Positions 7,995 through 17,469 of a stretch of DNA of 64,000 bases are shown here, piece after piece. Source of the stretch: a virus (lineage: Duplodnaviria > Caudoviricetes); the IMG/VR virus record IMGVR_UViG_3300037882_000231, positions 699 to 64,698 of that record; one strand, written 5' to 3'. The position numbers and the translations under genes were made by a program. Below the pieces are notes generated by a model that saw only the letters and a list, made by a program, of their open reading frames with translations, did not search any database and was not told where the DNA came from. The first letter of the stretch is position 1. Each line of letters starts with the position of its first letter.

Positions 7995-8538
7995 TGTAGT
8001 TGTCCGTTACATAGCGAGCAAGGCCGAACGAGTCGGCTACGTTGTCAGAATCAAGTGCGATGCCGTACTCCCTCTTCACCCAATCAATAGTGTACTGCTT
8101 GCGCCTGCGGTAGACTTCCTGCTTATACCAAGTCTTAGCCCTGCCTGGATTTGCCACTTGTAGAGCAGCCTTCTCCTTAGCGGTCCACAACTTATTTCCA
8201 ATTGGAGCCTGCCACCTCAGCGGTTCAATTGCGTATACCCTAGAGTTGTTAGTCATTAACTCACCAAGTACCGCCCCGTAAACGTAGGCAAGGGAAATGG
8301 ATGCCTTCATGTTATTGACATAGATAGCAGACTCAATAGCCACAACGTCAGCCTTAAGTCCCAGCGAAGCCATCTTAGCCTTCGCGTCGTGAATCCTCTC
8401 AAAGGCGGTAGCACCACGAAGTTCAACCTCACCCCAATGGGTAGGCTTACCCTTCTTCATCTGACAAAAGGCGATTGACTTGGTGCTGCAATCTAATCCA
8501 ACAACTGAATCGCCAATGCGCCTATAACTACTTACCAT
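7987..8538 (-). CDS. ruvC: RuvC-like Holliday junction resolvase
   Basis: VVGLDCST, VAIES, DNVADSFGLA acidic motifs. Confidence 0.8.
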   Translation of the reverse strand: MVSSYRRIGDSVVGLDCSTKSIAFCQMKKGKPTHWGEVELRGATAFERIHDAKAKMASLGLKADVVAIESAIYVNNMKASISLAYVYGAVLGELMTNNSRVYAIEPLRWQAPIGNKLWTAKEKAALQVANPGRAKTWYKQEVYRRRKQYTIDWVKREYGIALDSDNVADSFGLARYVTDNYNE

Positions 8539-8809
8539 TCTTTGCTATCTCCAATGCCCTTTTCTTTTGTTCATCCTTGGGTCGCTGTTCACACGCCCCG
8601 CAAATCTTGCCGTCATTGTACGAACTTAACTTAGTTCCACAAGACTTACAGACTCGCTTTTTTCCCTTCCTACGTTCACGCTTCTCAGCCCAGGCATCCT
8701 TTGCCCTGGCGTTCATTTCAAACTTGCAGCACTCAGGCGTGTGATACTTCTGATTGCGCCTACTCGGTTCAAACTCTTCTTCGCAATCTCGATAGGCGCA
8801 GACTTTCAT
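8528..8809 (-). CDS. Cys-rich zinc-finger protein
   Basis: C....C, H...C, CKSC, CGAC. Confidence 0.75.
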   Translation of the reverse strand: MKVCAYRDCEEEFEPSRRNQKYHTPECCKFEMNARAKDAWAEKRERRKGKKRVCKSCGTKLSSYNDGKICGACEQRPKDEQKKRALEIAKNGK

Positions 8810-9595
8810 TTAGTACCCGACACTCCTAGCCATGACAATCTTATTTGTCGTTGGCTGGTTGTCAGACCAGCAATGCTTTTGTACGGAACAGAAATTGCAG
8901 GGGAACTTGCCCTCTACCGCTTCTGCGGGGCGCTCAGGGAACTCGCCGTTGTCATAGGACGCCTTGACTCGCCTCATCCACATAAACAACTTCTCAATAT
9001 AGTCTTTGTGGTAGTCGTTCATAACGATGGAGAATGCGTGGGTATCAAGGGTGGTTCTATCAACGTAGAGGAGGACTCCCTGTGTGGCGTCCAGCATCTT
9101 CATATACATGAGGGTCTGAATAACGTGAGAGGAGTCGGCCTTGTTCAATTCCTTTGCCGGTCCAAACTTGCTGCTATCAACATTCTTCAACTCGACAGGG
9201 ATATTATTCTCCTTGTCGTAGATATCGACATACCCAAAGATGGGCGGGTCGTTATTGACCAGTTTCTTTTCAAACTCCCACTTGCCAGCCTTCTCATCAG
9301 TAATGGTTGACAGGATCAATTTCTCAATAGTATCGTGAGCCGCAGTACCAAGGATGCGCTTTAGTTGTGACTTGTGGTCCCCGTTGTCAGTGTGCTCAAT
9401 ATCACCGCCAAAGGCATAATGCCAGAAGCGAGGACACTGGCCAGCCCCGAAGCCCAACTTGGATGGAGAAAAATTCTTCTTAGCCTTAGGGGTAGACTTC
9501 TTTGGAAACTCCAACTTGAGGCCCTCTCGTAAGGCTTTCTCGTATATCTCAGGATTAACAGTCTCTCCTGGCGTAACAATCCTTGTCCTCTTCAC
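8810..9595 (-). CDS. Cas4-like / PD-(D/E)xK exonuclease
   Basis: CPR, GTAAH, GYVD...ELK, Q...Y, C-terminal CNFC....HC Fe-S motif. Confidence 0.88.
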   Translation of the reverse strand: MKRTRIVTPGETVNPEIYEKALREGLKLEFPKKSTPKAKKNFSPSKLGFGAGQCPRFWHYAFGGDIEHTDNGDHKSQLKRILGTAAHDTIEKLILSTITDEKAGKWEFEKKLVNNDPPIFGYVDIYDKENNIPVELKNVDSSKFGPAKELNKADSSHVIQTLMYMKMLDATQGVLLYVDRTTLDTHAFSIVMNDYHKDYIEKLFMWMRRVKASYDNGEFPERPAEAVEGKFPCNFCSVQKHCWSDNQPTTNKIVMARSVGY

Positions 9596-9930
9596 AGTCC
9601 ATTTGTCCTTAATGTATACTTCAATGCCGCCACAATGTTGTCCATGTTGGCCGACATTGTAAAGTAAATGTTCTTCTTGATGTTCGACTCCGTTCCTACC
9701 TTGCCCTTGTCAATGTTGGTGTAGTAGTTAGCCTTGGTGCTGAAATAGGCTCCGTAGGCCTGCAACTGAATGATCAGAGGTACCGCCTTTGCTGGCGGAA
9801 TGTCAGGCTTCATGGTGAGCATTACAACGTACCCAAGGGCTTTGTCCAAGGTTTCATCTTGAACGATGCCTGAGATATGATTAAACTCAGATACCTCAGA
9901 GACGTATTCCAAAATGGACTTATCAGACAT
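9592..9930 (-). CDS. hypothetical protein
   Basis: 112-aa ORF in the recombination operon. Confidence 0.75.
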   Translation of the reverse strand: MSDKSILEYVSEVSEFNHISGIVQDETLDKALGYVVMLTMKPDIPPAKAVPLIIQLQAYGAYFSTKANYYTNIDKGKVGTESNIKKNIYFTMSANMDNIVAALKYTLRTNGL

Positions 9931-9931
9931 T

Positions 9932-10240
9932 CTATTCTACCATACCTTTCTCGATCTCGCGGAGGCGCTCAAACTCTGACCAGGAGATAACTGCCAGCCT
10001 CAGGAAATTGCTCTCCTCACCGATCACCAACTTGATGACAGGCTCTAATTCTTTACCAGACCTGATTGCGTCAGTGCAAATCTTAGTCCAGATCGCTCTG
10101 TTAATGGCGAATGACTTGCCATATTCCTTATAGTCTACAAGGTAATTGTCGTCAATGGCGTCGCCCTTTTGGATCTTCCCCCGGCCAGAATTCTTCTGAG
10201 CCTTCGCTCCATCCCTGGCGACCTCTCTACGTTCACTCAC
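9932..10240 (-). CDS. PD-(D/E)xK Holliday junction resolvase-like nuclease
   Basis: SE......GA....NSGRG..KGD......DYKE motif; GTG 10240 overlaps the upstream stop. Confidence 0.75.
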   Translation of the reverse strand: MSERREVARDGAKAQKNSGRGKIQKGDAIDDNYLVDYKEYGKSFAINRAIWTKICTDAIRSGKELEPVIKLVIGEESNFLRLAVISWSEFERLREIEKGMVE

Positions 10241-10430
10241 GACGACCGAAGCCAACCTTGCTCTCATGTCCGTAGTCACAGATCCACCAGAACTCGTCAT
10301 TCATAAACAAAACCCTGTCCGTAGGATCACCACAGACGACACACTCAAATGAGCCGGTAGCAATCATGTTCTCTGTGATCGTCATTTCCCTATCGTCGTA
10401 GGGTACGACCATTCCAGGCTCTAACTTCAT
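10233..10430 (-). CDS. small zinc-ribbon protein
   Basis: CVVC...WICDYGH. Confidence 0.65.
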   Translation of the reverse strand: MKLEPGMVVPYDDREMTITENMIATGSFECVVCGDPTDRVLFMNDEFWWICDYGHESKVGFGRRE

Positions 10431-10567
10431 GGCTGCATCAACTCCCACTCATGCGTCTTGCGACTCTTGACCTTAAACATTCCACAGTCACAAGCCATCA
10501 CCTTCTCAAACTGAATGGTGAATGTCGAGACAATGTTGAAGTCGTAGAATTCATGCTCATGCTCCAT
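10427..10567 (-). CDS. small hypothetical protein
   Basis: MEHEHEF...ACDCG; GGAGG RBS inside the recA 3' end. Confidence 0.55.
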   Translation of the reverse strand: MEHEHEFYDFNIVSTFTIQFEKVMACDCGMFKVKSRKTHEWELMQP

Positions 10568-11561
10568 AGGTAAGTACCTCCTTTTCAAGTAGATCGAGGT
10601 CCTCGGGGAGTGACTTGAAATGCTGCACAATCTTGTCACGGCCCTGCCACTTCAATTCTCCGTAGTTGTACCATGCCCCACCCTTCTTAATAATGCCGAA
10701 GCGCGTAGCCTCGTCAACAATATCGGCAGCGCGATCAATTCCTACGTCAGGACCATCGAAGTAGAAATCGTACTGGCCCTGCTGGAATGGCTTGCCGGTC
10801 TTATTGTTCTCAATGATCCACGTTACCTCACGGCCCACAGGCTCAGACGTAACGTAGTCACCAACCTGTACCTCGCCAGACTTAGCGTTCTTCATCGACT
10901 CGCTTGACCAAAACTTGATCACGGTCGTTGAAAAGAACTTCGGAGCGAAACCTCCTGTCGCCTCCTGAGATACGAACATGGAACCCAACTTATTACGAAC
11001 CTGAGAAATCAGGATGAGCAGCGTGTTATCGTTTGACTGATTCCACAACTTGACGGCCTCTGCGAGGTCGCGTGCGTTGGAGCCGATCTGCCTGGTACCT
11101 TCCATTCCCTTGAGGTCTAGGCTGTCCTTTTCGAAATAGGACATAGGAACCATTGAGGTGATCGAATCAATTACGATTACGTCAATGCCTGCCTTCATGA
11201 ATTCAATGGTGTCGTTGACAATTCTCACTGAGTCAGACACTTGGATGACACGCAGTTCCTCTACGTTAACCCCTAGGCGCTCAGCCCAAACCGGATCGAA
11301 TGTCTTTTCAGCATCAACCCATAGACAAGACTTGCCCTGCCTCTGAGCCTCTGCTACCATTTGTAGCGCGATGGACGACTTACCACATGACTTGTTTCCA
11401 TAGAACATTACCTGGCGACCAAATGCTAGTCCACCGCCTAGAGCCTTGTTGAGAGAAACTGATGGAGTCTTTAGGAACTCGATCTTCACATCAGACGCTG
11501 CGATAGCACGCTCTCTCGTTTTCTTATCTAACTTTGCTAGAACGTCCTCAATTGCGTTCAC
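10557..11561 (-). CDS. recA: RecA-like recombinase
   Basis: LGGGL..GR, GNKSCGKS, VDAE, IVIDS, SQVR, KKGGAWY. Confidence 0.95.
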   Translation of the reverse strand: MNAIEDVLAKLDKKTRERAIAASDVKIEFLKTPSVSLNKALGGGLAFGRQVMFYGNKSCGKSSIALQMVAEAQRQGKSCLWVDAEKTFDPVWAERLGVNVEELRVIQVSDSVRIVNDTIEFMKAGIDVIVIDSITSMVPMSYFEKDSLDLKGMEGTRQIGSNARDLAEAVKLWNQSNDNTLLILISQVRNKLGSMFVSQEATGGFAPKFFSTTVIKFWSSESMKNAKSGEVQVGDYVTSEPVGREVTWIIENNKTGKPFQQGQYDFYFDGPDVGIDRAADIVDEATRFGIIKKGGAWYNYGELKWQGRDKIVQHFKSLPEDLDLLEKEVLTYGA

Positions 11562-11727
11562 GGTCTATCCTCTCCAAACTGAATTCTAATTCCTTCACTA
11601 CTTCCTGAACGTGCTTCTCTCGCATCTTCCCTAGTCGTTGCACAATAGATCTGATAACTTCTAGGTCCTCTGATCTTATGACCATGAGGAACTCGTCTCT
11701 TGATCCTTTTACGAGATAGCCGATCAT
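11548..11727 (-). CDS. hypothetical protein (59 aa, below cutoff)
   Basis: MIGYLVKGSRDEFLMVIRSED...ERN* fills the gap; ATGA coupling. Confidence 0.7.
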   Translation of the reverse strand: MIGYLVKGSRDEFLMVIRSEDLEVIRSIVQRLGKMREKHVQEVVKELEFSLERIDRERN

Positions 11728-12098
11728 CCCAGTACACCGTGCATCCTTACACGCTTCTCGTTAACGCCAGTCTTTAGTTCAATCGCTTCCTCTAGCGGCC
11801 TAAGGATAAGCCCCCTATCGAATAGCCCCTGGTAAAGATCGGCCATGCGGATGAAGATGTCTGCGAACTCTGCCTCAATCTCATCAGAGCCCTTTTCCTT
11901 TCTGATGGCCTCCATGACCTCAGACACCTCGGACGACAGCATCATCAACTGCTTACCATAGAAGATAAACGCTAGTTCCTTGTACTCGGGAACGGTTAGT
12001 TCCTTATTTCTTAACATTCCATCTAGTTCCAGCAGGAAGTCCCAAAATCCCTTCTCAACTGCCGTCTCATGGATACCCTCAATTAGTTCCTTCATCAA
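11724..12098 (-). CDS. MazG-like NTP pyrophosphohydrolase
   Basis: KGFW, LMMLSSEVSEVMEAIRK, EFADIFIR. Confidence 0.85.
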   Translation of the reverse strand: MMKELIEGIHETAVEKGFWDFLLELDGMLRNKELTVPEYKELAFIFYGKQLMMLSSEVSEVMEAIRKEKGSDEIEAEFADIFIRMADLYQGLFDRGLILRPLEEAIELKTGVNEKRVRMHGVLG

Positions 12099-15000
12099 CG
12101 AATCTCCTTACTCTGTCAACGAATGGCGTGGCATCTTCCTTGGTGTAGCCGATCTGCATTTCCACTACCTGGCCCGGTTGCATCTGCCTCATGGCATTCG
12201 GGTAGGCAGTTGGGAATACCAACAGTGGGATCAACTCTAATTTGTGATCCACCACAACAGCATTAGCCATGTTCTTGCCCGCTTTTGTTTTTCTACTATT
12301 AAATTCTAGCACAAGATACTGTCCTGCGTCAAGACTCACGTTCTTGGCCCTCAGGTACTTGGCGAACATCTTTTCTGACTCCACCACCTGATCGACTTCT
12401 ACGAAGTCCATGATCTTCTTATTTCCAGTAAGGATGACGTACACCTTACCTACCTCCACGAGCGGGTCTGGGCCTGTGAAGAACGTCGCCGTTCCCGTCT
12501 CGTCCACAATCTCCACGCGGTTCCACTTGGCGTTAGGCTTGGTCGTAATATCCAGCACCATACCGAACAGGATCGCCGCTGAGCCCTCTTCATATTGGGA
12601 TGCTGGTGTGAGCCTACCCCTAATTTTCTCGTTCATCCACGAGTCATCAAAGGACGGGATGCCTAGGTATTCAAAGAGGTTAGGTCGAGGGTCCTCGTTC
12701 ACCCTGTCAGGGAAGTTTGTCGCACTCACCCTGTTCAGCGCACCGATGATCCTTGTCGAAAGACCGCTCCCCTTTTGCTGTGAGAACTCATACAATTCCT
12801 TATATGACCTAAAGGGACGCTCATCCATGATTACCGCAGCAGCAGCATCAGCAATATACTTGATGTTCGTCAGACCGAACCTGATACCATCACCGTCAAT
12901 AGCGAACGAAGCCTGTGACCTATTAACGTCAGGGAGCATCATCCTAATGCCGAGGCGTCGGCACTCAAGCAGGTACGTCACCAAAGCCTTCTTGTCACCC
13001 TCGTGTTGAAGAATGGCAGCCATGTATTCCACAGGGTAGTAGAACTTGAGCCATGCCGTGTAATACGTCAGCATCGAGTATGCGACAGAGTGAGACTTGT
13101 TGAACGAGTAGCCAGCGTGAGCCTCAAAGTCGTGCCACAACTTTTCCGCATAGGCAGCATCAAGGCCACCATGGGATACGGCACCATCTAGGAAGTGAGC
13201 CTTGTAAGCATCGAACTCCTTGGCGTCCTTTTTCTTACCGATGATCTTACGAACCTTGTCGGCCTCTGCCCATGACATACCGGCCAACTCAACCATCGTC
13301 TGCATAACCTGCTCCTGGTACACAACCACACCATAGGTTTCCTCAGTCAGCGACCTGTAAACCTCATTAGCATACACGGTGGGGCGAGTGTTATACTTGC
13401 GACCAATGTATTCCTCACCAATGGTGTTCATTGCACCAGGGCGGATAAGAGCGGTTGAGGCTACCAGTTCACCAAAGTTCGCAACCTTCATGCGCTTTAG
13501 TAGGTGCGTGTAGGGACCTGCCTCAGCCTGGAACACGCCTCGCGTCATTCCATCAGACAGCATTTCGAAAACCTTAGGGTCATCGAAGGTGAGCGAGTCA
13601 AGGTCGATCCTCTGCTTCTTGTGCTTCTTGATCGATTCAATTGCCGTGGCGATAACTGACAGAGCCTTAAGGCCAAGCGTGTCAATCTTTAGCAGACCTA
13701 GTTCCTCAACCTTATCCTTATCCAAGGCGATGACAGGAATCCTCGCCTTAGCAGGAGAGTCAGGGTCCACGCGGTACTCAACAGGAGCGTACTTATCAAT
13801 TGGCTCGCTACTAACCACAACACCAGCAGAGTGCATACCAACAGAACGGATGCGACCCTCTAACTGACGGCAGTATTCCACTACCTCGGGATACTTATCC
13901 CTAAACGCAGAAGCAGCCTTATCACGAGAGGTGTAAAACTCCTCTAGGCTATCGACATTCTTAATCGCTGTCTCAACCTCTGTCAAAGGAATCTGGAACA
14001 CGCGACTAACGTCCTTCACCGTACCCACGCCATTGAATCGTGCGAAGGTTGATACAGTCGCTGTGTTCTTAAACTTCCTGGCGATGTAAGCCTTTACTTC
14101 ACCACGACGCTCATCCTGAAAGTCAATGTCAATGTCGGGGAAGTCATTACGCTCTGCGTTGATAAATCGACCGAATAGCAAACCATATTCCAGAGGGTCC
14201 ACGTTGGTGATCTTCATTAGGTAGCACACGAGAGAGCCTGCGGCAGAACCTCTACCTGGCCCAACAAGGATGCCCTGCTTCTTCGCCCACGTTACGATAT
14301 CCGATACGATCAGGAAGTACGACGAGAAAGCCTTGTCCTTGATGACAGCGAGTTCCTCAATGAGGCGCTCCTTGTATTCATCACCAAGGTTCATTTCACG
14401 CAGAGCCGTGTAGCAAATCTCAGCAAGCAGCGCATAGGCGTCACGCTTAGGCTTAGGCAGAAGGTTCACGCCTTCGTGGTGAGCGTAGTCACCAATCTTA
14501 TCGGCAACCTCAAACGTGTTGTTAATCAATTCCTCTGCTGGAAGATCGACAACCTCTAGGCTCTTCTGCAACTCAGCGACCTCCATAAGGTAGAGGTCCA
14601 ACTTCTCAAACGAAATCATGCGAGTCGGGTAGATGTAATTCAGTCGATCCCAAATCTCCATCTTCTCAGACTTGGAGAAAGACCAATCATCAGCAGCACG
14701 ACGCTTAGGCTTCGTAGAAAGAATCAGCAGCATTTCCTCTGCCACACGATCCTCAGCCCTAGAGAAGTGACAGTCAAGGGTTACGGTCGGCTTGATATCG
14801 AACTGACGAGCAAGTTTCATAAGACCAGCATTGATCTGAGGCGGATTGTGAGACTGAATCTCCATGTAGAAATCGTCACCGAACGTATCCTTGAACCAGC
14901 GTGTCCAGTCTAGGGCAGCCTCTTCGTCGCCACGATCAATTGCCTTGGCGATTACACCGTTCAGGCATCCAGACAAAACGATTAGGCCCTCAGCGTGATC

Positions 15001-15381
15001 CGCTAGAGCCTCCCTGTCAATACGGGGCTTGTTGTAAAAGCCTTCACGCCATGCTAGCGTGGAAAGAGAGGACAGGTTCTCGTAGCCACTTTCGTTCTTA
15101 CCAATGACGATAAGGTGGTTGTAAGCCTGAATTGACTTATCCTTACCGGCGCTACGGTCAAACCTGTCAGTAGGAGAAAGGTACATTTCGCAACCAAGGA
15201 TCGGCTTGATGCCTTCCTTTAAGCAAGCGGCCTGGAAGTCACGATTACCAGAAAGGGTACCATGATCCGTCAGGGCGAGGGCGGGCAGGCCAAGTTCCTT
15301 AGCACGCGCAGCCAATTCCTCTGGGCTTGAGAACCCATCAAGGACTGAATAGAATGAGTGGGAATGCAAATTAACGTACAC
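12079..15381 (-). CDS. dnaE: DNA polymerase III alpha subunit (DnaE-like)
   Basis: PHP domain LHSHS.YS.LDG and TDHG, GPGRGSAAGS, PDIDIDF, YSFNKSH; no intein apparent. Confidence 0.96.
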   Translation of the reverse strand: MYVNLHSHSFYSVLDGFSSPEELAARAKELGLPALALTDHGTLSGNRDFQAACLKEGIKPILGCEMYLSPTDRFDRSAGKDKSIQAYNHLIVIGKNESGYENLSSLSTLAWREGFYNKPRIDREALADHAEGLIVLSGCLNGVIAKAIDRGDEEAALDWTRWFKDTFGDDFYMEIQSHNPPQINAGLMKLARQFDIKPTVTLDCHFSRAEDRVAEEMLLILSTKPKRRAADDWSFSKSEKMEIWDRLNYIYPTRMISFEKLDLYLMEVAELQKSLEVVDLPAEELINNTFEVADKIGDYAHHEGVNLLPKPKRDAYALLAEICYTALREMNLGDEYKERLIEELAVIKDKAFSSYFLIVSDIVTWAKKQGILVGPGRGSAAGSLVCYLMKITNVDPLEYGLLFGRFINAERNDFPDIDIDFQDERRGEVKAYIARKFKNTATVSTFARFNGVGTVKDVSRVFQIPLTEVETAIKNVDSLEEFYTSRDKAASAFRDKYPEVVEYCRQLEGRIRSVGMHSAGVVVSSEPIDKYAPVEYRVDPDSPAKARIPVIALDKDKVEELGLLKIDTLGLKALSVIATAIESIKKHKKQRIDLDSLTFDDPKVFEMLSDGMTRGVFQAEAGPYTHLLKRMKVANFGELVASTALIRPGAMNTIGEEYIGRKYNTRPTVYANEVYRSLTEETYGVVVYQEQVMQTMVELAGMSWAEADKVRKIIGKKKDAKEFDAYKAHFLDGAVSHGGLDAAYAEKLWHDFEAHAGYSFNKSHSVAYSMLTYYTAWLKFYYPVEYMAAILQHEGDKKALVTYLLECRRLGIRMMLPDVNRSQASFAIDGDGIRFGLTNIKYIADAAAAVIMDERPFRSYKELYEFSQQKGSGLSTRIIGALNRVSATNFPDRVNEDPRPNLFEYLGIPSFDDSWMNEKIRGRLTPASQYEEGSAAILFGMVLDITTKPNAKWNRVEIVDETGTATFFTGPDPLVEVGKVYVILTGNKKIMDFVEVDQVVESEKMFAKYLRAKNVSLDAGQYLVLEFNSRKTKAGKNMANAVVVDHKLELIPLLVFPTAYPNAMRQMQPGQVVEMQIGYTKEDATPFVDRVRRFVDEGTN

Positions 15382-15420
15382 TGAATCTCCTAGCCTTGTG
15401 GACGGCGAACCCTAATGTAA

Positions 15421-15446
15421 GTGGGGAGGCCCGAAGGCCTCCCCAC
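15421..15446 (-). terminator. stem-loop after SSB
   Basis: GTGGGGAGGCC-TTCG-GGCCTCCCCAC, weak U-tract. Confidence 0.65.
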
Positions 15447-15449
15447 CAA

Positions 15450-16154
15450 TCACCACTCGATAGCGGTGGATGAACGATTTGCCTCATCTTCCTGGTGGCG
15501 CTGTGCCGCAGGAACGTATGAGTAGAACTTTGCCTGACGCTCGTAAGGAATCCTAAGCATTCCACCTTCACGAGAATTCCACGGCTCAAAGTCAGCAACG
15601 TCAATTGCCTTCTTCTTGAGTTGCGGTGTCAGCGTGTAGTCAGTAGCCTTCTTCTCACCCTTACGGGAAAGAGTGAAAACGTACTCACTGATCGGACCAT
15701 TCGCCTTGTACCAACCAAGAAGGTCGGGAAGGATGCCACTCGCACTTGTCGAGCAGTTGAAGGTCTTAACTCCGATGGGGTTGTCATCATCGTCAAATAC
15801 GATGAAGTCAATGTAGAAGCGCTTCTTCGCGTACCATGCGCGAGGCTTGCCTTCCTCATCGAGGTCAACGTTGTTGAGTTCGCACGCGAGGCACTGGCCC
15901 TCATCCTTCGTGCAAAGTGCAGAGCGCTTCCAATCGTAGGGGCTCTGGTGATACCAGGTTACATATGCGAGGCCCTTATCCTCCTTGTACGCTGGCGATG
16001 ACGGGTCAAACTCCTGCAAGGGCTGAACCGTGACTGATTCGAAAACACCCGGTGCCGTCTTATTGAGGCTGAGGTATTCTACTGGTGGGCGCTCACTGCT
16101 TTCTCCACCATCAATTGCGGCTTCAATCTCCGCAAGTCCTGTTACAAATGACAT
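15450..16154 (-). CDS. single-stranded DNA-binding protein (gp32-like)
   Basis: H...C.....CLAC zinc motif, R.GEK..TDY, acidic C-terminal W; AAGGAG RBS before ATG 16154. Confidence 0.75.
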   Translation of the reverse strand: MSFVTGLAEIEAAIDGGESSERPPVEYLSLNKTAPGVFESVTVQPLQEFDPSSPAYKEDKGLAYVTWYHQSPYDWKRSALCTKDEGQCLACELNNVDLDEEGKPRAWYAKKRFYIDFIVFDDDDNPIGVKTFNCSTSASGILPDLLGWYKANGPISEYVFTLSRKGEKKATDYTLTPQLKKKAIDVADFEPWNSREGGMLRIPYERQAKFYSYVPAAQRHQEDEANRSSTAIEW

Positions 16155-16198
16155 AGTTAATCTCCTTTTCTTTGCCCCAAGTTGAGGCGCTTGTATCA

Positions 16199-16228
16199 AT
16201 TATAGCATGGATCAGAGGTCGGTGTCAA
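16199..16228 (-). promoter_or_regulatory. sigma70-type promoter for ssb-dnaE
   Basis: TTGACA-18 bp-TATAAT with extended TG. Confidence 0.85.
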
Positions 16229-17192
16229 ACAACATTAGATCGGCACCGGACAGAGCATAATTGATTTGATCATCTGACATATCTGTTGCATCCTTTAGAT
16301 CGGAGTAACGATCAAAGGGAACCTTCTTGACGAGCATCGTGGAACTAAAGATCGCTCGCAGTTTCTTAGCAAGGGCCACGCCAGGAGGCTCTTTGAGTTG
16401 CGGGTAGTCCTTTGGGTCGTCGTTGTCAACGAAGATAACGATTTCACTGAACATACCTGAGATAATGCTAGACTGTTCCTTCGTTACCGTGCCCTTGAAC
16501 AGCGCACCTACGTTTGGATACCCCGCCTGATGAATCTTCATAGCATCGAACGATGCCTCCACGACGATGAGCGTAGAGCCGTACTTCTTCGCCCTGTGGA
16601 TATTGAATACCGTCTTGCGACCTTGGAGGCCAGACGAATTTAAAAACCGCTTGTCCTTGATGCTACGCCCGATGAAGCCCATTGGTACACCCTTCGAAGA
16701 GTGGACAGGAACCGTCACCGAGGCTTGGCGCTGAGAGTAACCGACACCAAAGTGCTTGAGCGTATCGTCAGTAAAGCCTCTACCGTTCATGTAGTCTAGA
16801 CCAGGCTTTCCATCTGGCGTCCAAAGCCTGCTGCTGCACGAGTCGATAATCGATTGATCAAACTCGATAATGTCATCAACCTTGTTGATCTGATCTTCAA
16901 GGCCTAGGATAACATCGTCGATGGACAGTTCCTTGCTTTGCACAAGGCGGTAAGCGTCTGACCTGGAAATGTTCATCGTGTGGGATAGGAGGCCTGTAAG
17001 ATTACCCTTTGACCCGCACGACGGGTTGAAACAGTTGTAGACGCCTGACTCACGAGATACCGTCATAGACGGGCTATTACGGTTGTGGTGGAACGGACAC
17101 AGGCATACATAGTCCCGGCCCGTCTCGTAAGAAACATGGACGCCAGCCTGCTGAATCAGGTCACGGATTCCCGCTTCGTTCAGTAGCAACAT
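16212..17192 (-). CDS. dnaG: DNA primase
   Basis: CHC2 zinc finger CPFH...CFNPSC, TOPRIM VVEASFD, DND, KD. Confidence 0.92.
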   Translation of the reverse strand: MLLLNEAGIRDLIQQAGVHVSYETGRDYVCLCPFHHNRNSPSMTVSRESGVYNCFNPSCGSKGNLTGLLSHTMNISRSDAYRLVQSKELSIDDVILGLEDQINKVDDIIEFDQSIIDSCSSRLWTPDGKPGLDYMNGRGFTDDTLKHFGVGYSQRQASVTVPVHSSKGVPMGFIGRSIKDKRFLNSSGLQGRKTVFNIHRAKKYGSTLIVVEASFDAMKIHQAGYPNVGALFKGTVTKEQSSIISGMFSEIVIFVDNDDPKDYPQLKEPPGVALAKKLRAIFSSTMLVKKVPFDRYSDLKDATDMSDDQINYALSGADLMLFDTDL

Positions 17193-17469
17193 CTACAAAC
17201 ACCCCAAGAATGAAAGCCTCAGTCTGATCGTCATATCGCATATCATACTTTAGATCATCCTCGCTTTCTACGTCGTGTAGCCCATTTACTAGTTCGTACA
17301 GTTCCTTCTTCGCTTTTGGTAGCAGCCCCTCGTCATGTACTATGACGTAGTAGACATAAACCTCACGAGTATTGCTCTCTGATGACGCCTCGCCCGAGGT
17401 CGGCTTCAACGAAAAAGTCGTACTCAGTTCCGTGACGATTCTTTCTGCAAACGATCTCAATAAGCCCAT
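17161..17469 (-). CDS. hypothetical protein between helicase and primase (start uncertain, possibly TTG 17409)
   Basis: only frame covering the 17193-17362 gap. Confidence 0.55.
   Translation of the reverse strand: MGLLRSFAERIVTELSTTFSLKPTSGEASSESNTREVYVYYVIVHDEGLLPKAKKELYELVNGLHDVESEDDLKYDMRYDDQTEAFILGVFVDVATERSGNP

Noticed and set aside
8810-9595. Cas4-like gene as evidence of CRISPR-Cas
   Set aside because: No repeat-spacer array or other cas genes seen; solo Cas4-like nucleases are common in phage recombination modules
12079-15381. Possible intein or intron in DnaE (also checked in terL, DnaB and RecA)
   Set aside because: Lengths are normal, and no intein splice motifs or ORF interruptions were seen
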